A stretch of 64,000 bases of DNA from an uncultured Alphaproteobacteria bacterium. Lineage in GTDB: Bacteria > Pseudomonadota > Alphaproteobacteria > CAZZKF01. A program made the position numbers and the translations under genes. Below the pieces are notes generated by a model. The model was not told where the DNA came from. It did not search any database and saw only the letters and a list, made by a program, of their open reading frames with translations. The stretch spans positions 3,113 to 67,112 of the forward strand of contig CAZZKF010000002.1 in NCBI GenBank assembly GCA_964654995.1. Direction: 5' to 3'. Of this stretch, positions 28,717 to 38,713 are shown piece after piece (within the stretch, counting starts at the first letter, position 1; each line of letters opens with the position of its first letter).

Positions 28717-29991
28717 ATGACTGAAAGCGTCTGGGGGAAGGCTGTGCGTCTTTTGCACCAGTATTTCCCCGAGCGGCAAATCTATTTCCGCACGCGCGGA
28801 TCGGTGCGTTATTTCGTCCTGAGCACCCGGGTTCAGGCGATTGGCGCAGTCGGACTGGCTTTGTTCGCGGTCTGGGTCGGGATTGCCAGCGCCAACCTCA
28901 TCCTTGAAGATCAGATCATCGCCGCCAAGGAACGCGAGATCGCCAAGCTGTCCAGCCAATACAAGGCGCTGGACACCGAGCTCAGCAACCTTCAGAAGAA
29001 CGTCGTCGCCACCGCCAAGGAGCTGGAAGCGCGCCAGCGCTACCTCAACAGCCTGATTGCCCGGTCCGGCGCCCCGAAGATCGAACCGGCCGGGGCGCTC
29101 AAGCTCGAGCGTCTCAACGCCACGAGCCCCGGCGCCGAAGCAACGCCGGAGCCGCAGAAACCAGCTGCCAAGCCGAAATCCGACACCGTCGGCCAATTGC
29201 ATACGCCCCCGCTCTCCGAGACCCTTCTGGCGAGTGCAACGACGCGGCCGGGCACCCCCGGCGAAAGATCTGAAAACGATCCGCTGGCCGATGTCGCCCG
29301 CCGGCTGGCCTGGGTGGATGAGGCCCAGCAAACGGTCGCCGCCCTGTTTCTGGCCGACGCCCGTGCCACCTTCAACGAGCTTGAACGCAAGATCGAAGTC
29401 ACCGGTCTCACCGGCGAAAAGCTGCTGGCGGCCATGGACGAGCCCCACCGCGGCCAAGGCGGTCCGTTCGTGCTCGATACCGGCGACCCTGTCTCGTTCG
29501 GAGCGGCCAAGCCCGGGGATGTATTCTTCAAGCTGCTCAACGAAGTGCAGAAGCTGCAGGACCTGAAATCGATTCTGACCAGCTTGCCGGTATTAAAACC
29601 CGTCGATCAGTACTATATTTCCAGTGGCTTCGGGCGCCGGCGCGATCCCTTCAACGGCCGCCTGGCCATGCACGCGGCGCTCGACATGGCCGGCCCCTGG
29701 CGCTCGCCGGTTTATTCGACGGCACCCGGCGTCGTCACCAAGGCCGGCTGGAACGGACCCTACGGTCGTTTTGTCGAAATCGACCATGGACACGGGTTCA
29801 AAACCCGTTTCGGCCACCTTGATAAGATTTTAGTAACCAAAGGCGAGGAAATTGGGGCAAGACAGAAGATCGGACTCATGGGCAAGTCGGGGCGCGCCAC
29901 CAGCACACATGTTCATTACGAAGTCTGGTTCGAGGGCGTTCCGCAGGACCCCATGAAATTTTTCAAGGCAGCACAATATGTTACAGAATAG
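28717..29991 (+). CDS. bitopic M23-family metallopeptidase with cytoplasmic N-terminus, TM helix, coiled coil and C-terminal LytM domain (LmdC-like)
   Basis: Start MTESVWGKA; TM AIGAVGLALFAVWVGIASANLIL; coiled coil (KEREIAKLSSQYKALDTELSNLQKN...); M23 motifs HxxxD (MHAALDMAG) and HxH (THVHYEV). Confidence 0.75.
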   Translation: MTESVWGKAVRLLHQYFPERQIYFRTRGSVRYFVLSTRVQAIGAVGLALFAVWVGIASANLILEDQIIAAKEREIAKLSSQYKALDTELSNLQKNVVATAKELEARQRYLNSLIARSGAPKIEPAGALKLERLNATSPGAEATPEPQKPAAKPKSDTVGQLHTPPLSETLLASATTRPGTPGERSENDPLADVARRLAWVDEAQQTVAALFLADARATFNELERKIEVTGLTGEKLLAAMDEPHRGQGGPFVLDTGDPVSFGAAKPGDVFFKLLNEVQKLQDLKSILTSLPVLKPVDQYYISSGFGRRRDPFNGRLAMHAALDMAGPWRSPVYSTAPGVVTKAGWNGPYGRFVEIDHGHGFKTRFGHLDKILVTKGEEIGARQKIGLMGKSGRATSTHVHYEVWFEGVPQDPMKFFKAAQYVTE

Positions 29992-30463
29992 CGATCGCAA
30001 GAGACCAGAAAAGCCGAGCCTCGTCGCCCCGTCCATCGTCGGGTCCGACGTACGCGTCACCGGCGATATCGCCACGCCCGGCGAGTTGCAGTTCGATGGC
30101 ACCATCGAAGGCGACGTCCATTGCGGCTCCTTGACCATCGGCGAACAGGCGGCGGTGACCGGCGGCGTTGTTGCCGACACGGTTCTGGTTCACGGCTCGG
30201 TCATCGGCACCATCCGCGCCCGCTCGGTCCACCTCAGCCACACCGCCAAGGTCGTCGGCGACATCTGGCACGAAGACCTGGTGGTCGAATCCGGCGCCTT
30301 CATCGAAGGCCGCTGCGCCCATGTCGACAACCCGCTCGAAGGCACCGACACCGAGGGCCAGCCGCACCGCAAGTACATCGAGGCACGTTCGACCAGCCTT
30401 GATGAGACGGACGTCGACGAGACCGTCGAGGATGCGGCGGTCGAGCCCGAAGCCGACGCCTAG
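29978..30463 (+). CDS. bactofilin family cytoskeletal protein
   Basis: 161 aa; overlaps upstream gene by 14 nt; beta-helical repeats (VTGDIATPGELQFDGTIEGDVHCGSLTIGEQAAVTGGV...), acidic tail. Confidence 0.75.
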   Translation: MLQNSDRKRPEKPSLVAPSIVGSDVRVTGDIATPGELQFDGTIEGDVHCGSLTIGEQAAVTGGVVADTVLVHGSVIGTIRARSVHLSHTAKVVGDIWHEDLVVESGAFIEGRCAHVDNPLEGTDTEGQPHRKYIEARSTSLDETDVDETVEDAAVEPEADA

Positions 30464-30510
30464 CAGGTCTTGATCGGCCGGCGCGCCGTCGCCGGCTGCA
30501 TGCAAAGCCG

Positions 30511-31657
30511 TCAGCGCGCCGCTTCGGCGGCGTTCCCCTGTTTGTCTACGCTGTCGCTGCCGCCGACCCGGGCGGCCAGAGCGGCGGCCAGAAATGCATC
30601 CAGATCGCCGTCAAGAACCGTCTTCGGCGTCGGCGATTCGACGCCGGTGCGCAGATCCTTGACCATCTGGTAGGGCTGCAACACGTAAGAGCGGATCTGA
30701 TGGCCCCAGCCGATTTCGGTCTTGGCGGCGCTTTCGGCCTGCGCCTGTTCCTCGCGCCGGCGCAATTCCGCCTCATAGAGGCGGGCTTTCAGCATCTTCA
30801 TCGCGGTCGCCCGGTTCTTGTGCTGCGAGCGTTCGTTCTGACACTGGACGACAATGCCGGTCGGCAGATGGGTGATGCGCACGGCGCTGTCGGTGGTGTT
30901 CACATGCTGGCCGCCGGCCCCTGAGGCCCGATAGGTATCGACGCGCAGGTCCTTGTCGGCAATTTCGATCTCGATGGTGTCATCGATCGCCGGATAGACC
31001 CAGACGCTGGCAAAACTGGTGTGGCGCCGCGCGCTGGCGTCGAACGGCGAAATGCGCACCAGGCGATGAACGCCGCTTTCCGTCTTCAGCCAGCCGAAGG
31101 CGTTTTCGCCCTTGATCAGCAGGGTGGCGGACTTGATCCCTGCCTCCTCGCCGGGGCTTTCCTCGATCACCTGAACCGAATAGCCGTGCGATTCCGCCCA
31201 GCGCATGTACATGCGGGCCAGCATCTGAGCCCAGTCCTGGCTTTCGGTGCCGCCCGCCCCGGCATGAATTTCGACATAGGCATCATTGGCGTCGGCCTCG
31301 CCCGAAAGCAGCGTTTCGATGCGCCTTTTTTCGGCTTCCACCGCTAGGCGCGCGATCGCCGATTCGGCGTCGGCGATCAGGTCGGCGTCGTCGTCCGCTT
31401 CCGCCAGCTCGATCAACTCGATATTGTCGGCCAGCTCGCGCTCGAGCGCCTCGCAGGCCGCAATCGCGTCGGCCAGGCGGGTGCGCTCGCGCATCAGTCG
31501 GCGTGCCAGCGCCGGATCGTTCCACAAACTCGGGTCTTCGGCCCGCGCGTTCAGCTCGGCCAGCCGGGCCTGGGCGCGATCCCAGTCAAAGATGCCTCCT
31601 CAGCAGTTCCAGCGACTGCTTGATGTTGTCGATCTGTGCCTGAACTTCGGCGCGCAT
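30511..31657 (-). CDS. prfB: peptide chain release factor 2 (requires programmed +1 frameshift)
   Basis: Frame 0: [23 protein letters not shown]-stop; +1 frame continues [31 protein letters not shown]...[16 protein letters not shown] (GGQ motif). Table lists the two frames as separate ORFs 31586..31843 and 30511..31527. Confidence 0.9.
31586..31591 (-). other. prfB: prfB +1 ribosomal frameshift site CUU UGA C with AGGAGG SD-like element 3 nt upstream
   Basis: Minus-strand mRNA reads ...CUG AGG AGG CAU CUU UGA CUG GGA...; identical logic to the E. coli prfB autoregulatory site. Confidence 0.85.
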
Positions 31658-31757
31658 GATCCTGTCCTTCGATAACTCTGCCTCATCACCCACGCGCCGG
31701 CCCCGACAGGCGCGCCCACCGCCCCTGCCCGGCCGGAACCGGCATCGGATGGATGGT

Positions 31758-34217
31758 CTAATAGATTCCGCCGGTGCCGTCGCGCGTGTTGGCATTGACT
31801 TGCAGCACTTTGTCCGATCCGTCAAGAACCGGGCGGCTGCCACGAGGCTCGGTGCCGGGAATGAAGGCCTCGAAAATCACGTTCTTGTCACCCGGCGCCG
31901 CCGGCAGGCCGGTTCGGGCATTGACGCGGACCAGCCGGATCCCCGGCGGAATCCGGAACGGAACAGCTGGTTTGCCCTTGAGCGCGGCGGCCATGAAATC
32001 GCGGAACACGGGCACTGCCGTGGTGTTGCCGAATTCGTGCTTGCCCAGCGACATCGGCGTATCGAACCCCATGAACACGCCGACCACCAGATCCGGCGAA
32101 AAACCGATAAACCAGGTATCGACGCTGTCGTTGCTGGTCCCGGTCTTGCCGGCCAGCGGCTTGCCCACGGAACGGATGCGGATGCCGGTGCCGCGCTGCA
32201 CCACGCCTTCCAGTAGCGAGACAATCTGATACGCCGTGCGCGGATCGAGTACCTGATCGCGGGTGTCGGGAAGCTGCGGCGGTGGTGTGCCATCCCAGGC
32301 GGCCAGACGACAGTTCGGGCATTCACGGGCATCGTGGCGATAGATGGTCCGCCCGTGGCGATCCTGAATGCGGTCAATCAGGGTGGGGTGAATGCGCTTG
32401 CCGCCGTTGACGAAAATGGCGTAAGCCGCCGTGAGCCGCATCAAGGTGGTCTCGCCGGCGCCCAGGGCCATCGACAGGATCGGCGGCATGTTGTCAACGA
32501 CGCCGAAGCGCTTGGCATAGGTGATCACCTTGTCAATGCCGATGTACTGGGCAAGACGCACAGTCATCAGGTTGCGCGATTTTTCGATGCCCAGGCGCAG
32601 CGTGCTGGGGCCATAGAACTTGTTGCTGGAATTGGCCGGCTTCCACTTGCCCAGCCCGTAGCCCTGATCGATCACGAAGGGTGCATCGAGGATCAGGCTC
32701 GACGGCGTAAATCCCTGATCGAGCGCCGCGGCATAGACGATCGGCTTGAACGCCGAGCCCGGCTGGCGCAGGGCCTGGGTCGCCCGGTTGAACTGGCTGG
32801 CGCGGTAATCGAAACCGCCGACCAGCGCCAGAACCCGGCCCGTATGCGGGTCCATGGCGATCAGCGCGCCATCCAGCCTGGGCACCTGGCGCAGGGCGTA
32901 GCGCGCAACATCGAGCGCTGCCTGCTCGCTCAACGGCTCGACGGCGATCACATCGCCCGGGGCCAGCACGTCCGATGGCCGGGTGATTTTCGGGCCGCGC
33001 CGGTTGACGTCGATGAACTTGCGCGCCCAGGTCATCTGGTCAAGCGGAATATAGCCGCTGCTGCCGTCTTCCAGCCCGATGAACGCGCCCTCGTCGTCGA
33101 GATCAAGCACCACCGCCGGGCGCCAGGTCTTGGGGCCGAGGTGAATATCGAGGGCGGTCAAGCCCTCCAGCCAGTTGTCGCTGAGTGACAGGCGGGCCAG
33201 CGGGCCACGCCAGCCATGGCGGCGATCGTAGGCGATGATCCCGGCCCGCAGGGTTCGGTCGGCAATCGCCTGCAATTGCGGCGACAGCGTCGTGCGCACC
33301 GACAACCCGCCCTCGTAAAGCTGACGCTCGCCGTAAAGATCATAAAGCTGACGGCGCACCTCCTCGTTGAAATAGGCGGCGTTGACATAATGGAGATCGG
33401 CGCGCGGCCGAATCTCCAGCGGCTCGGCCTTGGCCGCTTCGGCCTCTTGCGGCGTGATGAAGCCGTCCTCGACGAGGCGCGAGAGCACCCAGTTGCGCCG
33501 CGCCACGGCCGCCTTGGGGTGGCGCAGGGGGTGATAGTTGTTGGGTGCCTTCGGCAGCGCCGCGAGGTACGCCATTTCCGCCAGCGTCAGTTCATCCAGC
33601 GCCTTGTTGAAATAGTTGAGCGCCGCCGCCGCGACCCCGTAGGAGCCCATGCCGAGATAAATCTCGTTGAGATAAAGCTCGAGAATCTGATCCTTGGAAA
33701 AGGCGTGTTCGATGCGAAAGGCGAGGATCGCTTCGCGGATCTTGCGGCGGTAGCTGACTTCGCCACTGAGCAGAAAATTCTTGGCCACCTGCTGGGTGAT
33801 CGTCGAGGCGCCGACCGGCCGGCGGTCCGTGCCGATATTGCGCAGATTGATCAGAATGGCACGAACGATGCCGAGATAATCAAGCCCCTGATGGTGATAG
33901 AAATTCTTGTCCTCGGCGGCCAGGATGGCATTGATCAGGGGCTTCGGGATCGCCGAGATCGGCACGAACAGGCGTTTCTGGCGGGCGTATTCGGTCAGCA
34001 GACTGCCGTCGGCCGCATGCACCCGGGTCATCACCGGCGGCTCGTAATCGGCCAATTGCTTGTAGTCGGGAAGATCGCGTCCGAACCGATAAAGCGCGTA
34101 TGCCCCGCCGCCCACCGCGCCGATGCCCACGACCGCCGTAATCAGCACGGCGTAAAGCGTGCCGCGTACCACCCGGCGCAGCCCGGTCGCGAGTCGTTTG
34201 ACTCTGGTTTGCGACAT
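31758..34217 (-). CDS. mrcA: penicillin-binding protein 1A (bifunctional transglycosylase/transpeptidase)
   Basis: 819 aa; N-terminal TM, GT51 motifs (EDKNFYHHQG, RKIREA), transpeptidase SxxK (SAFK), SxN, KTG (KTGTSND). Confidence 0.9.
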   Translation of the reverse strand: MSQTRVKRLATGLRRVVRGTLYAVLITAVVGIGAVGGGAYALYRFGRDLPDYKQLADYEPPVMTRVHAADGSLLTEYARQKRLFVPISAIPKPLINAILAAEDKNFYHHQGLDYLGIVRAILINLRNIGTDRRPVGASTITQQVAKNFLLSGEVSYRRKIREAILAFRIEHAFSKDQILELYLNEIYLGMGSYGVAAAALNYFNKALDELTLAEMAYLAALPKAPNNYHPLRHPKAAVARRNWVLSRLVEDGFITPQEAEAAKAEPLEIRPRADLHYVNAAYFNEEVRRQLYDLYGERQLYEGGLSVRTTLSPQLQAIADRTLRAGIIAYDRRHGWRGPLARLSLSDNWLEGLTALDIHLGPKTWRPAVVLDLDDEGAFIGLEDGSSGYIPLDQMTWARKFIDVNRRGPKITRPSDVLAPGDVIAVEPLSEQAALDVARYALRQVPRLDGALIAMDPHTGRVLALVGGFDYRASQFNRATQALRQPGSAFKPIVYAAALDQGFTPSSLILDAPFVIDQGYGLGKWKPANSSNKFYGPSTLRLGIEKSRNLMTVRLAQYIGIDKVITYAKRFGVVDNMPPILSMALGAGETTLMRLTAAYAIFVNGGKRIHPTLIDRIQDRHGRTIYRHDARECPNCRLAAWDGTPPPQLPDTRDQVLDPRTAYQIVSLLEGVVQRGTGIRIRSVGKPLAGKTGTSNDSVDTWFIGFSPDLVVGVFMGFDTPMSLGKHEFGNTTAVPVFRDFMAAALKGKPAVPFRIPPGIRLVRVNARTGLPAAPGDKNVIFEAFIPGTEPRGSRPVLDGSDKVLQVNANTRDGTGGIY

Positions 34218-34381
34218 GAGTCCTCTTTTGTTCCCTAGGGCTTTTCCATTACATCCCGGTTGTCACATTCCGGCTGAAAGGCCCGTTTGCCGCCCTTTGG
34301 CACTGATCCATTTCATAATCCAGAAATGTGTCGGAGATATGGCGAAGCTGTGTTCCGGCATGTGGCATGGCGGGCCTGCGG

Positions 34382-35569
34382 TCAGGTCCGGCGCTCCCGG
34401 AAAAACTGCTCGATAGCGCGGAAAATCGCTTCGGCAATGCCGCGGCGCCCGGACGGCGACGACATGATCCGGGCATCCTCGGGATTCGACAGATAGCCCA
34501 TCTCGACCAGCACCGACGGCACGTCCGGCGCCTTGAGCACGACGAAGCCGGCGAACCGATGGCTGTTCGAGCGCAACTTCACACGACGCCCGAGCTCCGG
34601 CACCATCAGCGTCGCCAACTGGGCCGAATAATTCATCGTCTCGCGCTGCGCCAGATCGATCAGAATATTGGTGACATCGTCAGAGGCACCGTCGAGGTCG
34701 ACCCCGGCGATGACATCGGACTTGTTTTCCTTGGCCGCCAGCGCCGCCGCCTCCTGGTCAGAGGCCTGTTCCGAAAGCGTATAGACGGTGGCACCGCGGA
34801 CCTTGCGATTGTTCAGCGAGTCCGCATGGATCGAGATCAGCAGATCGGCCCCGGCCCGGCGTGCCCGCTGAACGCGTTCGCGCAAGGGAACGAATATGTC
34901 GCGATTCCGGGTAAGCATCGGCTGATAACGCCCGCTGGCATCGAGTATCCGCTTGAGCTCCAGCGCCACCTGAAGGGTGATCCTCTTTTCCGGCAGGCCG
35001 TTGACGCCGGCCGCCCCCGGGTCAATCCCGCCATGGCCGGCATCGATGGCGATGACGCGGCGAAAATCGTTGGCCTTGCGCACTGGCGGCGCCTCGACCT
35101 GGCGTGGTCTGGCGCGGCGTCGCGGCCCGGCACTGGCACGGAAGCTGGCGGCATCGGTGGCTTTGAGATCGAGAACAAGACGGTAATGGCGGACCTTGCC
35201 GCGCGGCGGAATGAGGAAGGCGCGCTTGACCGCCACCGGGCCCTTGGCATCGAGAACGACCCGCGAATTGCCGGGCCGGAACAGGCCGTAACGATACTGG
35301 GCGATGAGGCCGGCACCCCGGCCACGCTGGCTGCCATTGATCGACCAGTTGATCTCGGGCAGGTCGATGACCACCCGATAGGGGTCGGCAAGGGTGAAAA
35401 TCTCGAACTTGACCGGCGCGCTCAGATCAATCACGAAGCGCGTCGATTGGGGATGCTGGCCAAGACGAACCGCCGTTGCCTCGGGTTGGGACAATGCCGC
35501 CTGCATCGCCCCGATGAGGCCGAAAACCGCCAGCAGCAGACCCCTGAACGTCGTTTTCAGACCGGTCAT
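34382..35569 (-). CDS. amiC: N-acetylmuramoyl-L-alanine amidase (AMIN domain + Amidase_3)
   Basis: Start MTGLKTTFRGLLLAVFGLIGAMQA (signal peptide); IDAGHGGIDPGA, LLISIHADS Amidase_3 zinc ligands. Confidence 0.8.
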   Translation of the reverse strand: MTGLKTTFRGLLLAVFGLIGAMQAALSQPEATAVRLGQHPQSTRFVIDLSAPVKFEIFTLADPYRVVIDLPEINWSINGSQRGRGAGLIAQYRYGLFRPGNSRVVLDAKGPVAVKRAFLIPPRGKVRHYRLVLDLKATDAASFRASAGPRRRARPRQVEAPPVRKANDFRRVIAIDAGHGGIDPGAAGVNGLPEKRITLQVALELKRILDASGRYQPMLTRNRDIFVPLRERVQRARRAGADLLISIHADSLNNRKVRGATVYTLSEQASDQEAAALAAKENKSDVIAGVDLDGASDDVTNILIDLAQRETMNYSAQLATLMVPELGRRVKLRSNSHRFAGFVVLKAPDVPSVLVEMGYLSNPEDARIMSSPSGRRGIAEAIFRAIEQFFRERRT

Positions 35570-35626
35570 CCTGTGCCATTCAACGCTTCGGGCCCATATA
35601 TAAAAACTCTTTTCCGGTCCTGGCAA

Positions 35627-36045
35627 CGACCAATTGATCGGTGATTCGGCTTAAAAATCAGGTTATTTGCATAAAACCGTTTGTAAGCGCGCACCGCCTC
35701 CGACTATTTTAGGGGCGCTACTGCCCGCGAGGGTCACGGCCCGCAGGCTCCGGCCAGGGACCGGGGCCCATTTTCGCGATCCCGGTCCGAGTGCCGACCG
35801 GTGACGCGTCTTATGGTCTTTGAAGCGGCCTCCCGCGGTGCAGGTCTGACAAGGATTTATCGGATCAACCGGGATGCGAAACCCAAGCGCGAAGCTTACC
35901 AGCCCAGGCCGAAGTGCGCCCATGGCGCCTCACCTTGGCGCCGGGCCCGGAGCGGCTATGGCGCAAGCGGTTTCCCCCCAACAGAGAAACCGGCGCCCCG
36001 CCTGTTCACAGGCGATGCAAGGCGCGCCGGACGGAGTACAACTGA
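35627..36045 (+). promoter_or_regulatory. ~420-nt structured leader upstream of rne (candidate autoregulatory 5'-UTR)
   Basis: No credible ORF; several GC stems (ggaccggggccc...cccggtcc; ccggtttcc-N10-ggaaaccgg written as aagcggtttcccccc aacagagaaaccggcg). Confidence 0.35.
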
Positions 36046-38655
36046 ATGTCCATGCGTATGCTTATCGATGCGGCCCATCCGGAAGAAACCCGGGTGGTGG
36101 TCGCCAAAGGGAACCAGATCGAGGAATTTGATTTTGAATCGACGGCCAAGAAACAGCTCAAAGGGAACATCTATCTCGGTCGCGTAACCCGCGTGGAGCC
36201 GTCGCTCCAGGCGGCGTTCGTCGAATTCGGCGGCAATCGTCACGGATTTCTGGCGTTCAGCGAAATCCATCCCGATTATTACCGGATCCCGGTCGCCGAC
36301 CGGCAGAAACTGATCGAGCAGGAGGCGGAAGTCGCCGCGGCCCGCGAATCCGCCGACGCTGCCGCCGATGAGGCGGATTCCGGAAACGCGGACGCCAACG
36401 GCAATGATGCCCAGGTCGAATCGCTGGGCACCAATGACGAAATCGAGGAAGAGGTTCGCGCCGCGCCGCGTATCGAGCGCCGCTACAAGATCCAGGAAGT
36501 GATCAAGCGCCGCCAGGTTCTGCTGGTCCAGGTGGTCAAGGAAGAGCGCGGCACCAAGGGGGCCGCATTGACCACGTACCTGTCGCTGGCCGGGCGCTAT
36601 TGCGTGCTGATGCCCAACAGCCCGCGTGGCGGCGGCATCAGCCGCAAGATCTCCAACGCCGCCGACCGGCGGATGCTGCGCGGGGTCCTCGAAAGCCTCG
36701 ACGTGCCCCAGGGCATGGGGGTGATCATCCGCACCGCAGGCGTCGAGCGCGCCAAGACGTCGATCAAGCGCGATTTCGAATATCTGATGCGGTTGTGGGA
36801 AAACATCTGCGAGCTGACGCTGCAATCCACCGCGCCGGCGCTGATTTACGAGGAAGGCAATCTGATCAAGCGTGCCATTCGAGATCTCTACACCAAGGAG
36901 ATCGAGGAAATCCTCGTCGAGGGTGATGAGGGTTACCGCACGGCCAAGAACTTCATGCGCCTCATCATGCCCAGCCACGCCCGCAAGGTTCAGCCCTATC
37001 GCGACCGCATCCCGCTGTTCCACCGCTTCCAGGTGGAAAGCCAGCTGGACACCATGTTCAACCCGACGGTGCGGCTGAAATCGGGCGGCTACATCGTCAT
37101 CAACCCGACCGAGGCCCTGGTCGCCATCGATGTCAACTCGGGCCGCGCCACCCGCGAGGCCAACATCGAGCAGACGGCCTTGAAGACCAACCTCGAAGCG
37201 GCCGAGGAAATTGCCCGGCAGCTGCGGCTGCGCGACCTCGCCGGCCTGATCGTCATCGATTTCATCGACATGGAGGAAAACCGCAGCAACCGGGCCGTCG
37301 AGCGTCGCCTCAAGGAATGTCTCAAGAACGACCGTGCCCGGCTCCAGGTCGGCCGGATCAGCCCGTTCGGCATGCTCGAGATGTCGCGCCAGCGCCTGCA
37401 TCCCGGTTTGCTCGAGGCCAGCACCGTCGTCTGTCCGGCCTGCGATGGCGCCGGGATCATCCGGTCGACACCGTCGACCGCCCTGCACATTCTGCGTCTG
37501 GCGGAAGATGAGGGTATTCGGCAGCGCAGCTCGAAATACGAGGTGCGGGTGCCGCCCGAGGTCGCCACCTACGTGCTCAACGAAAAACGCCGGCAACTGG
37601 CCGAGATCGAGGACCGCTACGGCTTCCACATCGTGATTACCGGCGACGAGGACCTGATCGCCGGCCAGATCGAGACCGAGCGCACCGGGCGTGGCGAGGA
37701 CGGTGGCGAGACCCAGGCGGTCACTGCCGAAGCCGCCTATCCCGAGGCGGCCGCCAATGGCGAGGACAGCACCGGCAAGCGGCGGCGGCGGCGGCGCAAG
37801 CCGCGGCGCCGCACCGACGAGGCCGAGGCGGAAGTGGTCGAGGCTGCTGCCGCTGCTTCCGAAGAAAGCGCCGCGCCTGAGGCTGAGGCCGAGGCCGGCG
37901 AAACGCGTCCCTCCGGGTCCCGGCGACGGCGTGGCCGACGCGGTGGCCGGCGGCGCGCAGCCGCCGCCGAAGCGGCACCGCCAGAAGCCGGTCCCGAAAC
38001 CGGTGCCGACGAGGCCGTCACAATTGCCGAGGAGGCTCCCGCCACGGACGACACGGCCGTCGCCGAGCTGGTGCCGGGCGAGCCCGAGGCCGCGCAGGCA
38101 GCCGAGCCTGCGGAAACGGAAGCCGCTGCGGAAACCCAAGCAGCCACGGATGACGGAGCCAAGAAGCCCAAGAAGAAGGCTGCGGCCAAGCGCAAACCGG
38201 CGCGCCGCCGCAGCAAGGCCAAACCCAAGGCCGCCGCCGCCGAGCCGACGCCTGAAGACGCACCCGAAGACAAGCCCTTGGCCGACGAGGTTGACGACAC
38301 GGAGCCGGCCAAAACCGCCGCCGCCGCGCCGCCACCCGAGGCCAAGGCCAAGCCGGCCACCCGTCCCAAGCGGCGGCGAACCAGGGCCAAGAAGACCGTG
38401 CCTGACAGTGACGGGCCCCCGTCCGAGGCAGAGCCGGATACCGCATCGGAAGGCGGCAAACCGTCCGAGGACACGTCTTCAGGCAGCGGTGACGAGGATG
38501 AGCGCGACGTGCCCGCCGTTGCCGCCGCGGCGCCAGCCGTCGATGTCTCGTCGCTGGCGTCGGCAACCCCGGATGTGGCTGCGGATGCGGTCGCTGGCGC
38601 CGAGTCGGAAGCCAAGCCACGTCGGCGCGGCTGGTGGCAACGCCGCGCCACCTGA
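36046..38655 (+). CDS. rne: ribonuclease E
   Basis: 869 aa; S1/DNase-I-like catalytic N-terminal half (MSMRMLIDAAHPEETRVVV...KGAALTTYLSLAGRYCVLMP...VAIDVNSG), alphaproteobacterial acidic insertion in S1, Zn-link CPxCxGxG (CPACDGAG), Ala/Pro/Arg/Glu-rich scaffold tail. Confidence 0.9.
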   Translation: MSMRMLIDAAHPEETRVVVAKGNQIEEFDFESTAKKQLKGNIYLGRVTRVEPSLQAAFVEFGGNRHGFLAFSEIHPDYYRIPVADRQKLIEQEAEVAAARESADAAADEADSGNADANGNDAQVESLGTNDEIEEEVRAAPRIERRYKIQEVIKRRQVLLVQVVKEERGTKGAALTTYLSLAGRYCVLMPNSPRGGGISRKISNAADRRMLRGVLESLDVPQGMGVIIRTAGVERAKTSIKRDFEYLMRLWENICELTLQSTAPALIYEEGNLIKRAIRDLYTKEIEEILVEGDEGYRTAKNFMRLIMPSHARKVQPYRDRIPLFHRFQVESQLDTMFNPTVRLKSGGYIVINPTEALVAIDVNSGRATREANIEQTALKTNLEAAEEIARQLRLRDLAGLIVIDFIDMEENRSNRAVERRLKECLKNDRARLQVGRISPFGMLEMSRQRLHPGLLEASTVVCPACDGAGIIRSTPSTALHILRLAEDEGIRQRSSKYEVRVPPEVATYVLNEKRRQLAEIEDRYGFHIVITGDEDLIAGQIETERTGRGEDGGETQAVTAEAAYPEAAANGEDSTGKRRRRRRKPRRRTDEAEAEVVEAAAAASEESAAPEAEAEAGETRPSGSRRRRGRRGGRRRAAAAEAAPPEAGPETGADEAVTIAEEAPATDDTAVAELVPGEPEAAQAAEPAETEAAAETQAATDDGAKKPKKKAAAKRKPARRRSKAKPKAAAAEPTPEDAPEDKPLADEVDDTEPAKTAAAAPPPEAKAKPATRPKRRRTRAKKTVPDSDGPPSEAEPDTASEGGKPSEDTSSGSGDEDERDVPAVAAAAPAVDVSSLASATPDVAADAVAGAESEAKPRRRGWWQRRAT

Positions 38656-38713
38656 CGATCGCCGCGGATTGCGGCGGGAGGCTCGTGAAGCCCTCACGGA
38701 CTCTTGAATTTGT

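Noticed and set aside
31658-31843. N-terminal extension of the prfB frame-0 ORF (MAAARFLTDRTKCC...)
   Set aside because: RF2 N-terminus [14 protein letters not shown] begins at the internal Met 31657; the upstream frame is an open-frame accident.
35801-36187. 128-aa ORF in the rne leader
   Set aside because: Overlaps the rne start in another frame, no SD, product is low-complexity; treated as part of the structured 5'-UTR.
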